From assembly GCA_963823335.1 (NCBI GenBank), contig CAWGLD010000005.1, positions 384,001 to 448,000 on the forward strand: a stretch of DNA of 64,000 nt, in the 5' to 3' direction. Made by a program: the position numbers and the translations under genes. Position 1 is the stretch's first letter. Every line of letters starts with the position of its first letter. This document shows positions 29,515-38,697 of this stretch, one piece after another. A model generated the notes under the pieces. That model was not told the DNA's origin and made no database searches. It saw only the letters and a list, made by a program, of their open reading frames with translations. The stretch is from an uncultured delta proteobacterium (lineage in GTDB: Bacteria; Desulfobacterota; Desulfobacteria; Desulfobacterales; B30-G6).

Positions 29515-31206
29515 TTATTTAAAGGGTTTCCCCAGGGCCTGGTAACACTTGCTGATGTAGGGACCTATATGCTCTTGATTCTTGAAGTCAAGAAAATAGG
29601 TAAGCGCTCTATCATACTCTTTACGATTCATATAATTGATACCCTGGCATACATTCAAATCCATGCTGCTTCTGTATTGGCTGAGCCCCTGATCCAGTAT
29701 CTGGATCGATTTTTCAAAGGAACCTTCCTGCTGATAGAGCAGGCCGAGACCCAGGTAGCTTCGGTGATTTGGATAGCAGGCAAGGGATTTATGAAAAAGT
29801 GTTTTGGAAATCGATGTCCTGTCGGGGATGGCATCTATTTTCGAATAATCCCCATGGCTGAAGGTCATTGCGAGCCTGGAATAAAAATCGGCATGCAGTC
29901 GGTTGAACGCCGGATCTTTGATGAGATCGATATCCTCGACAAAAGACGGCAGGTTTTGATAAAAGGCATGTCTGATGGCTTTTCCGTAGCTAAGGATATC
30001 TTTTGGTTCTATACGGGGGTCAATCTCAAAATAAAGCAGATCTTCTATGCGGTTCTGCCAGACTTCTTCCGTGATGCAGCCTTGGTCAAGGAGCTCCTGA
30101 TATAATTGCGTGCCTGGAAAAATATCGAGAATATAGGTGATAACGCTGAGAGGCTTTATGGTCCGAATCAAACTGATAGTGGCTTGAATACTCTCCTCTG
30201 ATTCACCCGGGGAACCATAAATGAAATAGGCACGCGGCATGATACCGTAGTGCTTGACGAGGTCGAATGCTTTTTTGATTTGAGAAATATTTAGGGGTTT
30301 GTTAAGTTTTTTACGGATCTTTTCAGAGCCGCTTTCGATACCGAAACTGATCTGGATGCAACCGGCTTTTCGCATCCATGCAAGTAGATCAGCATGGATG
30401 TGGTTGACGCGTGCAATGGCAACCCATGTAATATCGAGCCGTCTATGAATAATTTCCTGGCAGATGGCTTGAACCCACTCTTTTTTGTAGGTGAACGTAT
30501 CGTCTGAGAAGTAGAAAAAATGAATGCCTTTTTGGGTGAGCAATTCCAGTTGATCCACGAAATAACCGGGAGAGTGGGTACGAACCCGCGGGCCCCAGAA
30601 AAGAGGAGAACCGCAGAAAACACAGTTACCAGGACAGCCCCTGGTAAAGGCCACATGCTGGAATTGAAAATACCGGGCAGGGTTGGGGAATTGGTCCAGG
30701 TTTTCAACGGGTTCTGCCGGGTCTGTTTTTTGTGGCCGTCCATGATGGCGAAAGGCGATACCACGAATATGCGGGATTTTATCATGTGCGCCCGTATCCA
30801 GCGCGTTGACGAGCTGCAGAAAGGGAATTTCACCCTCTCCAAGGACGATATAATCGATGTCTTGGAAATGAGTCAGCAGGTGATCCCACAAAAAGGTGGC
30901 ACCGATACCACCGAAAACGATTTTGATGTCAGGGTTCAGGCTTTTGGCGATTTTGGCAATGTCGATGCCGCCCCATCGATTGGCGTGGAGGATGGAGAAG
31001 CCTATGATGTCCGGGCGTTCTTTGATGATAATCTCAGGAATACGATCGGGCGTATGATGTGCATCGTGCAGATTGTAGATCTGGACATCGTAATCATTTT
31101 CTTTCAGCAGCGCCCCCACATAGTAGATGCCGATGGGGGGTACACTGATATCGTATTCATGGATTCTCTTGTCGAGAAAATAGGGATAGATCAGTAATAT
31201 TTTCAT
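29515..31206 (-). CDS. Cobalamin-binding radical SAM protein with C-terminal TPRs
   Basis: N-terminal B12-binding domain (PIGIYY...GG..AT...GEGE), TRGCPGNCVFC and GIESGS; TPR-like C-terminus. Confidence 0.88.
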   Translation of the reverse strand: MKILLIYPYFLDKRIHEYDISVPPIGIYYVGALLKENDYDVQIYNLHDAHHTPDRIPEIIIKERPDIIGFSILHANRWGGIDIAKIAKSLNPDIKIVFGGIGATFLWDHLLTHFQDIDYIVLGEGEIPFLQLVNALDTGAHDKIPHIRGIAFRHHGRPQKTDPAEPVENLDQFPNPARYFQFQHVAFTRGCPGNCVFCGSPLFWGPRVRTHSPGYFVDQLELLTQKGIHFFYFSDDTFTYKKEWVQAICQEIIHRRLDITWVAIARVNHIHADLLAWMRKAGCIQISFGIESGSEKIRKKLNKPLNISQIKKAFDLVKHYGIMPRAYFIYGSPGESEESIQATISLIRTIKPLSVITYILDIFPGTQLYQELLDQGCITEEVWQNRIEDLLYFEIDPRIEPKDILSYGKAIRHAFYQNLPSFVEDIDLIKDPAFNRLHADFYSRLAMTFSHGDYSKIDAIPDRTSISKTLFHKSLACYPNHRSYLGLGLLYQQEGSFEKSIQILDQGLSQYRSSMDLNVCQGINYMNRKEYDRALTYFLDFKNQEHIGPYISKCYQALGKPFK

Positions 31207-31231
31207 GCGATAAAATCGTTAAACGATTTTA

Positions 31232-32497
31232 TCATATAAAGCTCCATTTCTTTTTCACCATGAGATGAAGCACCCTGACAACGATGGGATAATTGGCGGT
31301 TTCTCCAGCGCTGTCCACGGGAACGCCGTCGACAGCTTCGACAATTGACAGGATATTGCCGAAAGGATAGCTGTACAAAAGCTCATTCTCCATTACCAGT
31401 ACGCTGAAATGATCCGCATTCACCTTGGCCAGTTGAGCATTTTTTATTTCGGCCGGGTCGTCATAGTTGATGCCGATCTCTTCACCTTCGTATTTCTTCA
31501 ACAGCGCTTCAAAGTTGGGTTTGGGCAACAGAGTTTTCAAAATGGTATCCGTCCTTTTTTGCTTGTCTTCTCTTTCTATTCTCAATGCCTCGGCTATTGC
31601 TTCTTCAATTTTCCTTTGTGCTTCCTGTTCTTCTATCCTTTTTGTTTCAGCCTCCTCGAGGGCCTCCTTTTGCTTTTTGAGGGATTCGGTCTCCAGCCTC
31701 AGGAAGTCTGTTTCCTGGTTCAAGCTTTCGATTTGTTTCTGGGTGGCCTCGTTTTTTTTAAGCGCCTCCTGTTCTGCCTTCTTCAATGTCTCCGTATCCA
31801 TTTTCAGTGATGCGGCATCCATTTTCAAAGAAGCGATTTCCTTCTCTAACAAATCGATGGTTTGTTTTTCTTTTTCAACAGCCGCGGCCTTTTGATTTTC
31901 CTCTTTCTCTTTTTCATCCTGTTGCTTCTTGAGAGCTTCAGCTTTTTGATTTTCTTCTTTCTCTTTCTCATCCTGTTGCTTCTTTAGCGCTTCAGCTTTT
32001 TCTTTTTCCTCTTTCTCTTTTCTTTCCTGTTCCTTTCTGATGGCTTCGGCCTTTTCTTTTTCCTCTCTTTCCTTTTTATCCTGCTGCTGCTTGAAGGCCT
32101 CGTCTTTTTTCCGTTCTTCTTTTTCTGCTTCTTTTTGAAGGGTCAGCGCTTTTTTTAATTCCTCGGCTTCTCTTTTTTCCTGTTCTATTTTTAATGCTTC
32201 GGCTTCTTTTCTTTCCTGTTCCTCTTTTTGGAGTCTTTCCTGGAATTCATAATATTTCGAAAAAATAATGCCGCATTTAATACATTCAGCCGCTGACGGC
32301 GGCACATCATGACCGCATTTTGGACAAGCGGAAAGATTCGGGGATACTGCCTTCTGAACGGCGATAGGTGGGGTCACGCCGCTTTTTAATGATTTTTTCA
32401 AGACCAGGGAAAGGGTCACGCCGCATTTGTCACATTCTATTGCTGACGCGTCATTCTCATTTCCGCATTTCGGGCACTGAATTGAGTTGCCACCCAT
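31232..32497 (-). CDS. Zinc-ribbon plus long charged helical (E/K-rich) protein
   Basis: Two CxxC-x10-CxxC ribbons, 18-aa E/K repeats and a C-terminal beta-rich domain; ATG 32497 after AGGAGG. Confidence 0.8.
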   Translation of the reverse strand: MGGNSIQCPKCGNENDASAIECDKCGVTLSLVLKKSLKSGVTPPIAVQKAVSPNLSACPKCGHDVPPSAAECIKCGIIFSKYYEFQERLQKEEQERKEAEALKIEQEKREAEELKKALTLQKEAEKEERKKDEAFKQQQDKKEREEKEKAEAIRKEQERKEKEEKEKAEALKKQQDEKEKEENQKAEALKKQQDEKEKEENQKAAAVEKEKQTIDLLEKEIASLKMDAASLKMDTETLKKAEQEALKKNEATQKQIESLNQETDFLRLETESLKKQKEALEEAETKRIEEQEAQRKIEEAIAEALRIEREDKQKRTDTILKTLLPKPNFEALLKKYEGEEIGINYDDPAEIKNAQLAKVNADHFSVLVMENELLYSYPFGNILSIVEAVDGVPVDSAGETANYPIVVRVLHLMVKKKWSFI

Positions 32498-32637
32498 TCG
32501 ACTTCCTCCTTTTAAAGCGTAGGAAATATCATCTGAAAAGAAAGATTTTGAAACAATATACTTATCACCAACCATCCCGCAGGTCAAGACCTTGAACGCT
32601 GTCCATTGCACCCGATGATTGATCGAAAAGCCTTTCA

Positions 32638-32666
32638 TTGACAAGGGGTTAGGGCTCTGGTATTTT
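32638..32666 (+). promoter_or_regulatory. Candidate sigma70 promoter for the EHD-like gene
   Basis: TTGACA-17nt-TATTTT with a TG extended -10. Confidence 0.5.
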
Positions 32667-32806
32667 TAAATACTATTAGATTGGTTTTCTTTTGGGAAAG
32701 TCCCATGCCCTTGTCACGGTATTGTGCTAAAAAGAATAACCATTGATGACGATGACTTAACGAAGGCAAGAGATGCTTACTTCCCTGGGAAGCGTTGGAG
32801 CAACGC

Positions 32807-34264
32807 ATGAATCGTGAAAGCTTTATCAATCGTCTAAGAACCGATTTGCTGGCCATGGTCGAGAATCATTTAACTCCCGTTGCTATGAAATACGGTTATA
32901 GTGAAGCGCCTTTGGAGACAAATATCAAATGGAAACCCCTTGTGCTGGTTATCGGCAACTATTCATCCGGAAAATCAACCCTGATCAACGATTTTCTGGG
33001 AGGTGAAATTCAGGCTACCGGACAGGCACCTACGGATGATTCCTTTACGGTCATTACTTATGACCCTTCCACGTCGCCTGATGGACCTATCCGTGTAACC
33101 GAAGAACGGGATGGTAAATTTCTGCTGAACGACCCCGAATACCCGTTCGGGTCCATGAAAAAACACGGGCAGCGCTTTTTTTCACATTTTCGTCTAAAAA
33201 AAGTCAATGCCCCTTTTCTAAAAAATCTTTCCGTGATCGATACACCCGGCATGCTCGACAGTATTACAGAAAGAGACCGTGGTTATGATTATCAGAATGT
33301 CATCGGCGATTTGGCACAGATAGCGGATCTTGTTCTGGTGCTTTTCGATTCCCATAAAGCCGGCACGGTCCGTGAGGCCCATACCAGCTTGAGAGATACG
33401 CTGCCGACCCGAACATTTGAAGATCGCGTACTATTTGTACTGAATAGAATTGATGAATGCGTTTCCCTTGTGGATTTATTACAGGTATATGGAACTTTGT
33501 GCTGGAATTTATCCCAAATTACCGGTCGCAAGGATATTCCTTCGATCCATCTGACGTACTCACCTGCGGCAATGAAACAATCACCACATAGTTTCGAAAG
33601 GGATCTGGGTTTTTTAAAATATCTTGAAAATCAGCGTACAGAGTTGAAAAATGCCATTTTGATGGCACCACGTCACAGGCTTGACAATCTGGCAACCTTT
33701 GTTGAAACTCATGCAGAACGCGTGTCTCATTTGCTGGAGGCACTTCTGGCCTACCAGAAACGGTTTCAGAAATATAAGATTCGAAATCTCCTGATGGGCA
33801 TTTTATTCTCTGTATTCTGCGCTGCCTTGGCCCAAATCGGTTTGATGGCCATGCCGAGTTTTGCGTCTGTCGATCAGGGTATGGTGCTTGCCTCGAGCGG
33901 TCTCGTTTTTGTGGTGATATTTTTGGCATGGGTTTTTTATATCAAAAAATTGTTTTATCATCGATTTAGAAAGCGGCAGCTGAAGCAGTTGGATGGCTTG
34001 ACACCCCTTGAGAACCAGACGCGCAGGGACAGCTGGGATTCAATACATGGGCTGGTGTCCAGCTATATCAAAAAAACGGCTGGACAATTTTCCAAGCGTG
34101 ATCTGAAAAAGGAGTATGAATCGGTATGGATGGTATTTGAAAAAGGTGCCAAGAAAATCCGGGAGGCTTTGAATGAATTGGCAACCATTCATCATGATGA
34201 CGCCGCGGAGGTGGATAGATGGGTGGACAGGCAATCCACGTTATTGAAGGAAACCCGGGAATAA
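32807..34264 (+). CDS. EHD/sarcalumenin-like dynamin-superfamily NTPase with two C-terminal TM helices
   Basis: KPLVLVIGNYSSGKS, APTDDSF, IDTPGML, RGYDY, LFDSHK, VLNRID and VYGTLCWNL; hydrophobic hairpin near aa 330-385; ATG 32807 after GGAG. Confidence 0.85.
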   Translation: MNRESFINRLRTDLLAMVENHLTPVAMKYGYSEAPLETNIKWKPLVLVIGNYSSGKSTLINDFLGGEIQATGQAPTDDSFTVITYDPSTSPDGPIRVTEERDGKFLLNDPEYPFGSMKKHGQRFFSHFRLKKVNAPFLKNLSVIDTPGMLDSITERDRGYDYQNVIGDLAQIADLVLVLFDSHKAGTVREAHTSLRDTLPTRTFEDRVLFVLNRIDECVSLVDLLQVYGTLCWNLSQITGRKDIPSIHLTYSPAAMKQSPHSFERDLGFLKYLENQRTELKNAILMAPRHRLDNLATFVETHAERVSHLLEALLAYQKRFQKYKIRNLLMGILFSVFCAALAQIGLMAMPSFASVDQGMVLASSGLVFVVIFLAWVFYIKKLFYHRFRKRQLKQLDGLTPLENQTRRDSWDSIHGLVSSYIKKTAGQFSKRDLKKEYESVWMVFEKGAKKIREALNELATIHHDDAAEVDRWVDRQSTLLKETRE

Positions 34265-34286
34265 AAAGCCTTAGGTAAATATCATA

Positions 34287-35501
34287 TTGAACTTTTCATC
34301 AGAAGCACCCCCATCCTTACAAACACAGAACATGGCGGGGCGCATCATAACCGCCATTTTTTGTCGACTGCTCTTAAACACGGCAAGACGGTTTGCTTAT
34401 CCGTTTGCCCCGGTTTTGAGCCGGGGTTTAGGGGTTCCCCTTACAGCCATTACCTCTCTCATCGCGGTCAATCAAGCTACAGCCATTCTGGGAATCGGCT
34501 TTGGCCCGCTTTCCGATCGTTTTGGTTACCGTCGGATGATGCTCATTGGTATGGGCATGCTATCACTGGGTATGTTGGCTGCAGGTTTTTTCCCATTCTA
34601 TTATTCAGTCATGATCGCCTTGTTTCTGGCGGGTTTGGGCAAGAGTGTATTTGATCCCGCCATCCAAGCATATGTGAGCCGGCAGGTTCCCTATCATAAG
34701 CGGGGGATGGTTATCGGATTATTGGAAACGAGCTGGGCCGGCAGCACACTGATCGGCATTCCCTGTATGGCCATCCTCATGAATCGACTTGACTGGCGTG
34801 CTCCTTTTTATGTGCTGGGCGGTCTTGGTCTGGTGGGTCTATTTGCCCTGGTCTCCTTATTCCCCAATGACAAACGGGCCAAAAGCCCTGTTTTAAAAAA
34901 AGAGACCTTATGGAGCGCATGGCCGTACTTGATCGTGGACAGGTCGGCTTTAGGGGCATTGGGTTATGCGTTCTTTATCAGCGTTGCCAATGATAACCTG
35001 TTTGTTGTTTATGGGGCCTGGCTGGAACAATCCTTTCATGTCAGTGTCGTTGTGCTCGGTATTGGAACCGGCGTTATTGGTTTGGCAGAATTGTGTGGGG
35101 AAGGGCTTACGATTTTGATTTCCGACCGGATCGGCCTGCGCCGGTCCATTTTTTCCGGTCTGGTGTTGACCATTGTCAATTATGCTTTGATTCCCTTGTA
35201 TGAGGTGGGTCTGTCGTTTTCTCTGGTGGGGATTTTTATGGTTTTTCTAAGCTTTGAATTTATGATTGTGACCAGTATGTCTCTGTGTACTGAAATTCTT
35301 CCGGCTCACCGTGCCACCATGATGGCAGCCTTTTTTGCAGCAGCAGGCGCAGGCAGGGTTATCGGTGCTCTAATCGGGGGGCATATATGGCTTTTCGGCG
35401 GTATATGGCTTACAGGCATGGTATCTGCCGGTATCACGCTGCTGGCTTTATTTTCGCTGATACTCGGATTGAAAGCCTGGCATCCTGTTTTGGATGCCTG
35501 A
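34287..35501 (+). CDS. MFS transporter
   Basis: About 12 TM segments; motif A GPLSDRFGYRR and ISDRIGLRR; start may be ATG 34332. Confidence 0.9.
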   Translation: MNFSSEAPPSLQTQNMAGRIITAIFCRLLLNTARRFAYPFAPVLSRGLGVPLTAITSLIAVNQATAILGIGFGPLSDRFGYRRMMLIGMGMLSLGMLAAGFFPFYYSVMIALFLAGLGKSVFDPAIQAYVSRQVPYHKRGMVIGLLETSWAGSTLIGIPCMAILMNRLDWRAPFYVLGGLGLVGLFALVSLFPNDKRAKSPVLKKETLWSAWPYLIVDRSALGALGYAFFISVANDNLFVVYGAWLEQSFHVSVVVLGIGTGVIGLAELCGEGLTILISDRIGLRRSIFSGLVLTIVNYALIPLYEVGLSFSLVGIFMVFLSFEFMIVTSMSLCTEILPAHRATMMAAFFAAAGAGRVIGALIGGHIWLFGGIWLTGMVSAGITLLALFSLILGLKAWHPVLDA

Positions 35502-35505
35502 TGAC

Positions 35506-35862
35506 TCAGACCAGGCCCTCCCCCCTTAAGCGGGTCATGGCTGATTGTCCGATGCTTGTCACGTGACTCAAGGCTTTCGAGAGATGATATGGGGCGTCAT
35601 GGATTACTTTTGAATTCAGCATAACGACGGCGTTGTTGATGTGCCTGAGGGCCGTTTCCCAGTGTTCATTCGGTGCAAGTTTCATCCCCAGGTGGATTTC
35701 ATTGGTAACCATGCCCACCAGTGCCGCAATAATCTGCTCGGCCCCCGGTTTGTTCTGCTCCGTTAACCCAACAACTATTTCGATGGCCTGAGACGTCCAT
35801 ATAAGACCCGCTTTGATTTTTTCACTTTGTGAGAATGCCAATATCGCCGATTGTGTATCCAT
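35506..35862 (-). CDS. Hypothetical helical protein
   Basis: 118-aa ORF filling the gap, with SD-like AAGGA upstream. Confidence 0.7.
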   Translation of the reverse strand: MDTQSAILAFSQSEKIKAGLIWTSQAIEIVVGLTEQNKPGAEQIIAALVGMVTNEIHLGMKLAPNEHWETALRHINNAVVMLNSKVIHDAPYHLSKALSHVTSIGQSAMTRLRGEGLV

Positions 35863-35884
35863 TTTTTATTGTCCTTTGTTTATT

Positions 35885-35913
35885 TTGACAGTTTTCAGCC
35901 AATAGGGTAATAT
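35885..35913 (+). promoter_or_regulatory. Candidate sigma70 promoter
   Basis: TTGACA-17nt-TAATAT. Confidence 0.55.
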
Positions 35914-35950
35914 AAACAGACTTGAATTGAAAGCAATTAGGCATATCTTT

Positions 35951-36505
35951 ATGAAAACGGTTGTAAATTCGATTTTTGATATGGGTAGCCGGCAGCATTT
36001 TCGAACAGGCTGTGCTGGAGGCGCTCGGCAGTTCAAGGGGTGGTTGGGTCTGTTTTTTGTTGTTGTCGCGGCAATCATTCTGGTGTCGGGTTGCGGTGTC
36101 CTGAAACCGATCGAAAACGCATCTGTCGAGGGTGGCCTTTCACAAGCAGGCACGGTGGGTGCAGGTGTTTATCATGATTTTGATGATATTCTCATTCCCA
36201 AAACCATGCAGGTAAACCGCAAGATGACATCCGTATTTGAAACCTCCACCATTTCGGCCGGGGTTCTTTCAGTGGGTGGGATGCTTAAAATTGATGAATT
36301 AATTGAATTTTTCAAGACGAACATGACAAAAGACAACTGGACGCTCATCAGTATGTTCAAAGGACCACGATCGATACTTCAATTTGAGAAAGGAAACCGC
36401 TGGTGTATAATGACCTTGATGGACAGGCGATACGGCTACAAGACACAGGTTGAAATATGGGTCACACCGAAAAATGAAGCCCAGTCGTCTGGCTTATTGA
36501 AGTGA
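35951..36505 (+). CDS. Hypothetical lipoprotein
   Basis: Lipobox VSGC; YHDFDDILIP...FFKTNMTKDNW...FEK; start uncertain. Confidence 0.75.
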   Translation: MKTVVNSIFDMGSRQHFRTGCAGGARQFKGWLGLFFVVVAAIILVSGCGVLKPIENASVEGGLSQAGTVGAGVYHDFDDILIPKTMQVNRKMTSVFETSTISAGVLSVGGMLKIDELIEFFKTNMTKDNWTLISMFKGPRSILQFEKGNRWCIMTLMDRRYGYKTQVEIWVTPKNEAQSSGLLK

Positions 36506-36611
36506 TATTTACTCGAGGCCCTAAACTAATTTAATACGTATGGTCCGGCCGCTGGATAATCCCTGTTCGACTGTGAAAAACTCGTTCTAAAGTGGCTGTA
36601 ATGCCGAAAAT

Positions 36612-36654
36612 AGCGACAACGTCGCGATGAATAAATTTGTGCAACAAATTTATT
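36612..36654 (+). repeat. Repeat family B (double hairpin)
   Basis: AGCGACAACGTCGCG-ATG-AATAAATTTGT-GCA-ACAAATTTATT. Confidence 0.85.
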
Positions 36655-36666
36655 TGGGGATACGAG

Positions 36667-37872
36667 ATGACAATCACACTGCAGAAAAAAAATATCGTAT
36701 TGGGTATAAGCGGCGGTATTGCGGCTTACAAAAGTGTCGAGTTGCTTCGCTTGTTGACGAAACATGGAGCAGATGTCCGCGTACTCATGACCAGAAATGC
36801 ATGTCGATTCGTTGGCCCGTTGACATTTGAAGCACTTTCTGGAAAGGCGGTTTGTACGAATCTTTTCGAAGAGGGACACAATGCGAACATCGGGCATATA
36901 GCATGGGCAAAAGATGCCGGTGCCGTGATTATTGCCCCTGCCACTGCCAATATTATCGGTAAAATGGCCGGCGGTATTGCCGATGATGCTTTGACGACAT
37001 TTCTGATGGTGGCAACGGCACCTATTTTGATCTGTCCATCCATGAACACGGACATGTATCAGAGCCCGGCGGTTCAACGCAACCTGTCCATGCTTGAAAA
37101 AGACGGTCATACTGTCCTCAGACCCGATTCCGGTGAACTTGCCTGTGGTGTTACCGGGCCCGGAAGACTGCCTGATCCTGAAGAGATTGTGGGGCGTTTG
37201 GCCAAAGTCATGAGCCCTCAAGACCTGTCCGGCAAGCGGATTCTGGTGACGGCGGGCCCCACACAGGAACCCATGGATCCGGTTCGTTTCCTGAGCAATC
37301 CTTCCTCCGGGAAAATGGGATTTGCAATTGCCAGGGCAGCTGAACAGAGAGGTGCGCAGGTGACGCTGATATCCGGTCCTTCCAATCTTCAAGATCCCTA
37401 TGATGTGAAGGTGATTCGTATCCAAACAGCAGCTCAAATGGCTGCCGCTGTTTTTGAACATTTCGAGCATGTGGATATCATTATAAAGTCCGCTGCGGTG
37501 AGTGACTACCGACCCAGGGATATCAGCGCCGAAAAGATGAAAAAGGGAAAGAATGAGATGGTGCTGAATCTTGTCAGAAACCAGGATATCTTAGCAGAGA
37601 TCGGCCAGCAAAAAGGCGACCGTTTCCTGGTGGGGTTTGCGGCCGAGACCGAAGCGCTTGATCAGAATGCAACCAAAAAGCTGAGCAAAAAAAATCTCGA
37701 CATGATTGTGGGCAATATTGTCAAGGGCCAGGACTCCGCTTTTGGATCGGACACCAACAGGGCATCGCTGTATTACCGTGACGGCACACATGAAACCCTG
37801 CCCATGATGGACAAGGAAAGTCTTGCACACAGCCTGCTCGATCGAATTGTTGAAAGACGGAATAAGCTTTAA
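36667..37872 (+). CDS. coaBC: Phosphopantothenoylcysteine decarboxylase/ligase
   Basis: GGIAAYK, APATAN, PSMN, LACG, TAGPT-E-DPVRF-SN-SSGKMG and GFAAET. Confidence 0.96.
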   Translation: MTITLQKKNIVLGISGGIAAYKSVELLRLLTKHGADVRVLMTRNACRFVGPLTFEALSGKAVCTNLFEEGHNANIGHIAWAKDAGAVIIAPATANIIGKMAGGIADDALTTFLMVATAPILICPSMNTDMYQSPAVQRNLSMLEKDGHTVLRPDSGELACGVTGPGRLPDPEEIVGRLAKVMSPQDLSGKRILVTAGPTQEPMDPVRFLSNPSSGKMGFAIARAAEQRGAQVTLISGPSNLQDPYDVKVIRIQTAAQMAAAVFEHFEHVDIIIKSAAVSDYRPRDISAEKMKKGKNEMVLNLVRNQDILAEIGQQKGDRFLVGFAAETEALDQNATKKLSKKNLDMIVGNIVKGQDSAFGSDTNRASLYYRDGTHETLPMMDKESLAHSLLDRIVERRNKL

Positions 37873-37910
37873 GCTGTAAGCGATAAGCTGCTTAAGGCTT
37901 ACAGCTTATA
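37862..37910. repeat. Repeat family D 7-nt-period inverted repeat
   Basis: TAAGCTTTAAGCTGTAAGCGATAAGC-TGCTTAAGGCTTACAGCTTATA. Confidence 0.7.
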
Positions 37911-37923
37911 CCCGGAGAGCCAA

Positions 37924-38649
37924 ATGATTGCAAAAACCACACGTTTAAAAAGAGAGATGAAAAACAAGGCCCTGGCTTCCGTACTCGACGACATCGGCAA
38001 CACACTTCAGTTTATGGCCGATGCGGGATGTCGGGGATTTGAATGCGATGCCTCCCATCATGATATGGTACGCAACTGGGGTGGTCATGGTTTGGCCCGT
38101 CCGGAGTCACTGAGCGATATTGAAGGTGAGTTGAAAGACTGTCGGCGCTGCGGGCTTTCGAGCAAGCGGACACAGATTGTGTTTGGTGACGGGTGTGAGC
38201 AGGCCAGACTCGTATTTGTGGGAGAAGGACCCGGGTATGAAGAGGACAAACAGGGCAAACCCTTTGTGGGGGCGGCAGGCAAGCTTTTAAACCGGATCCT
38301 GGAAGCGATGCATCTTTCCCGGGAAGATGTCTATATCTGCAATATTGTAAAATGTCGTCCGCCAAACAACCGAAATCCCAAGCCGGATGAGATATCCACA
38401 TGTGTGCCGTTTCTGGAACGCCAGATAAAGTCCATTCAACCCGAATGTGTCTGTGCCCTTGGAAAGTTTGCAGCGCAGACCCTTCTCCAGACCGAAGAAC
38501 CGATATCCAGACTCAGGGGGCGGTTTCAAGCGTATCAAGGGATCCCTCTTATGCCGACCTATCATCCTGCCTATCTATTGCGGAATCCGGGAAGCAAGCG
38601 TGATGTCTGGAATGACATGCAGCAGATCATGCAGCGCTTAAGTCTCTAA
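37924..38649 (+). CDS. Uracil-DNA glycosylase family 4
   Basis: CRRC 4Fe-4S ligands, GEGPG, KCRPPNNR and TYHPAYLLR. Confidence 0.93.
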   Translation: MIAKTTRLKREMKNKALASVLDDIGNTLQFMADAGCRGFECDASHHDMVRNWGGHGLARPESLSDIEGELKDCRRCGLSSKRTQIVFGDGCEQARLVFVGEGPGYEEDKQGKPFVGAAGKLLNRILEAMHLSREDVYICNIVKCRPPNNRNPKPDEISTCVPFLERQIKSIQPECVCALGKFAAQTLLQTEEPISRLRGRFQAYQGIPLMPTYHPAYLLRNPGSKRDVWNDMQQIMQRLSL

Positions 38650-38652
38650 AAT

Positions 38653-38685
38653 GATCTTTTTCTTTTCCGGTTTATCCGGGTTGGG
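38653..38685 (-). repeat. Repeat family A terminal fragment
   Basis: GATCTTTTTCTTTTCCGGTTTATCCGGGTTGGG. Confidence 0.75.
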
Positions 38686-38697
38686 AAGGAGTGTCTC

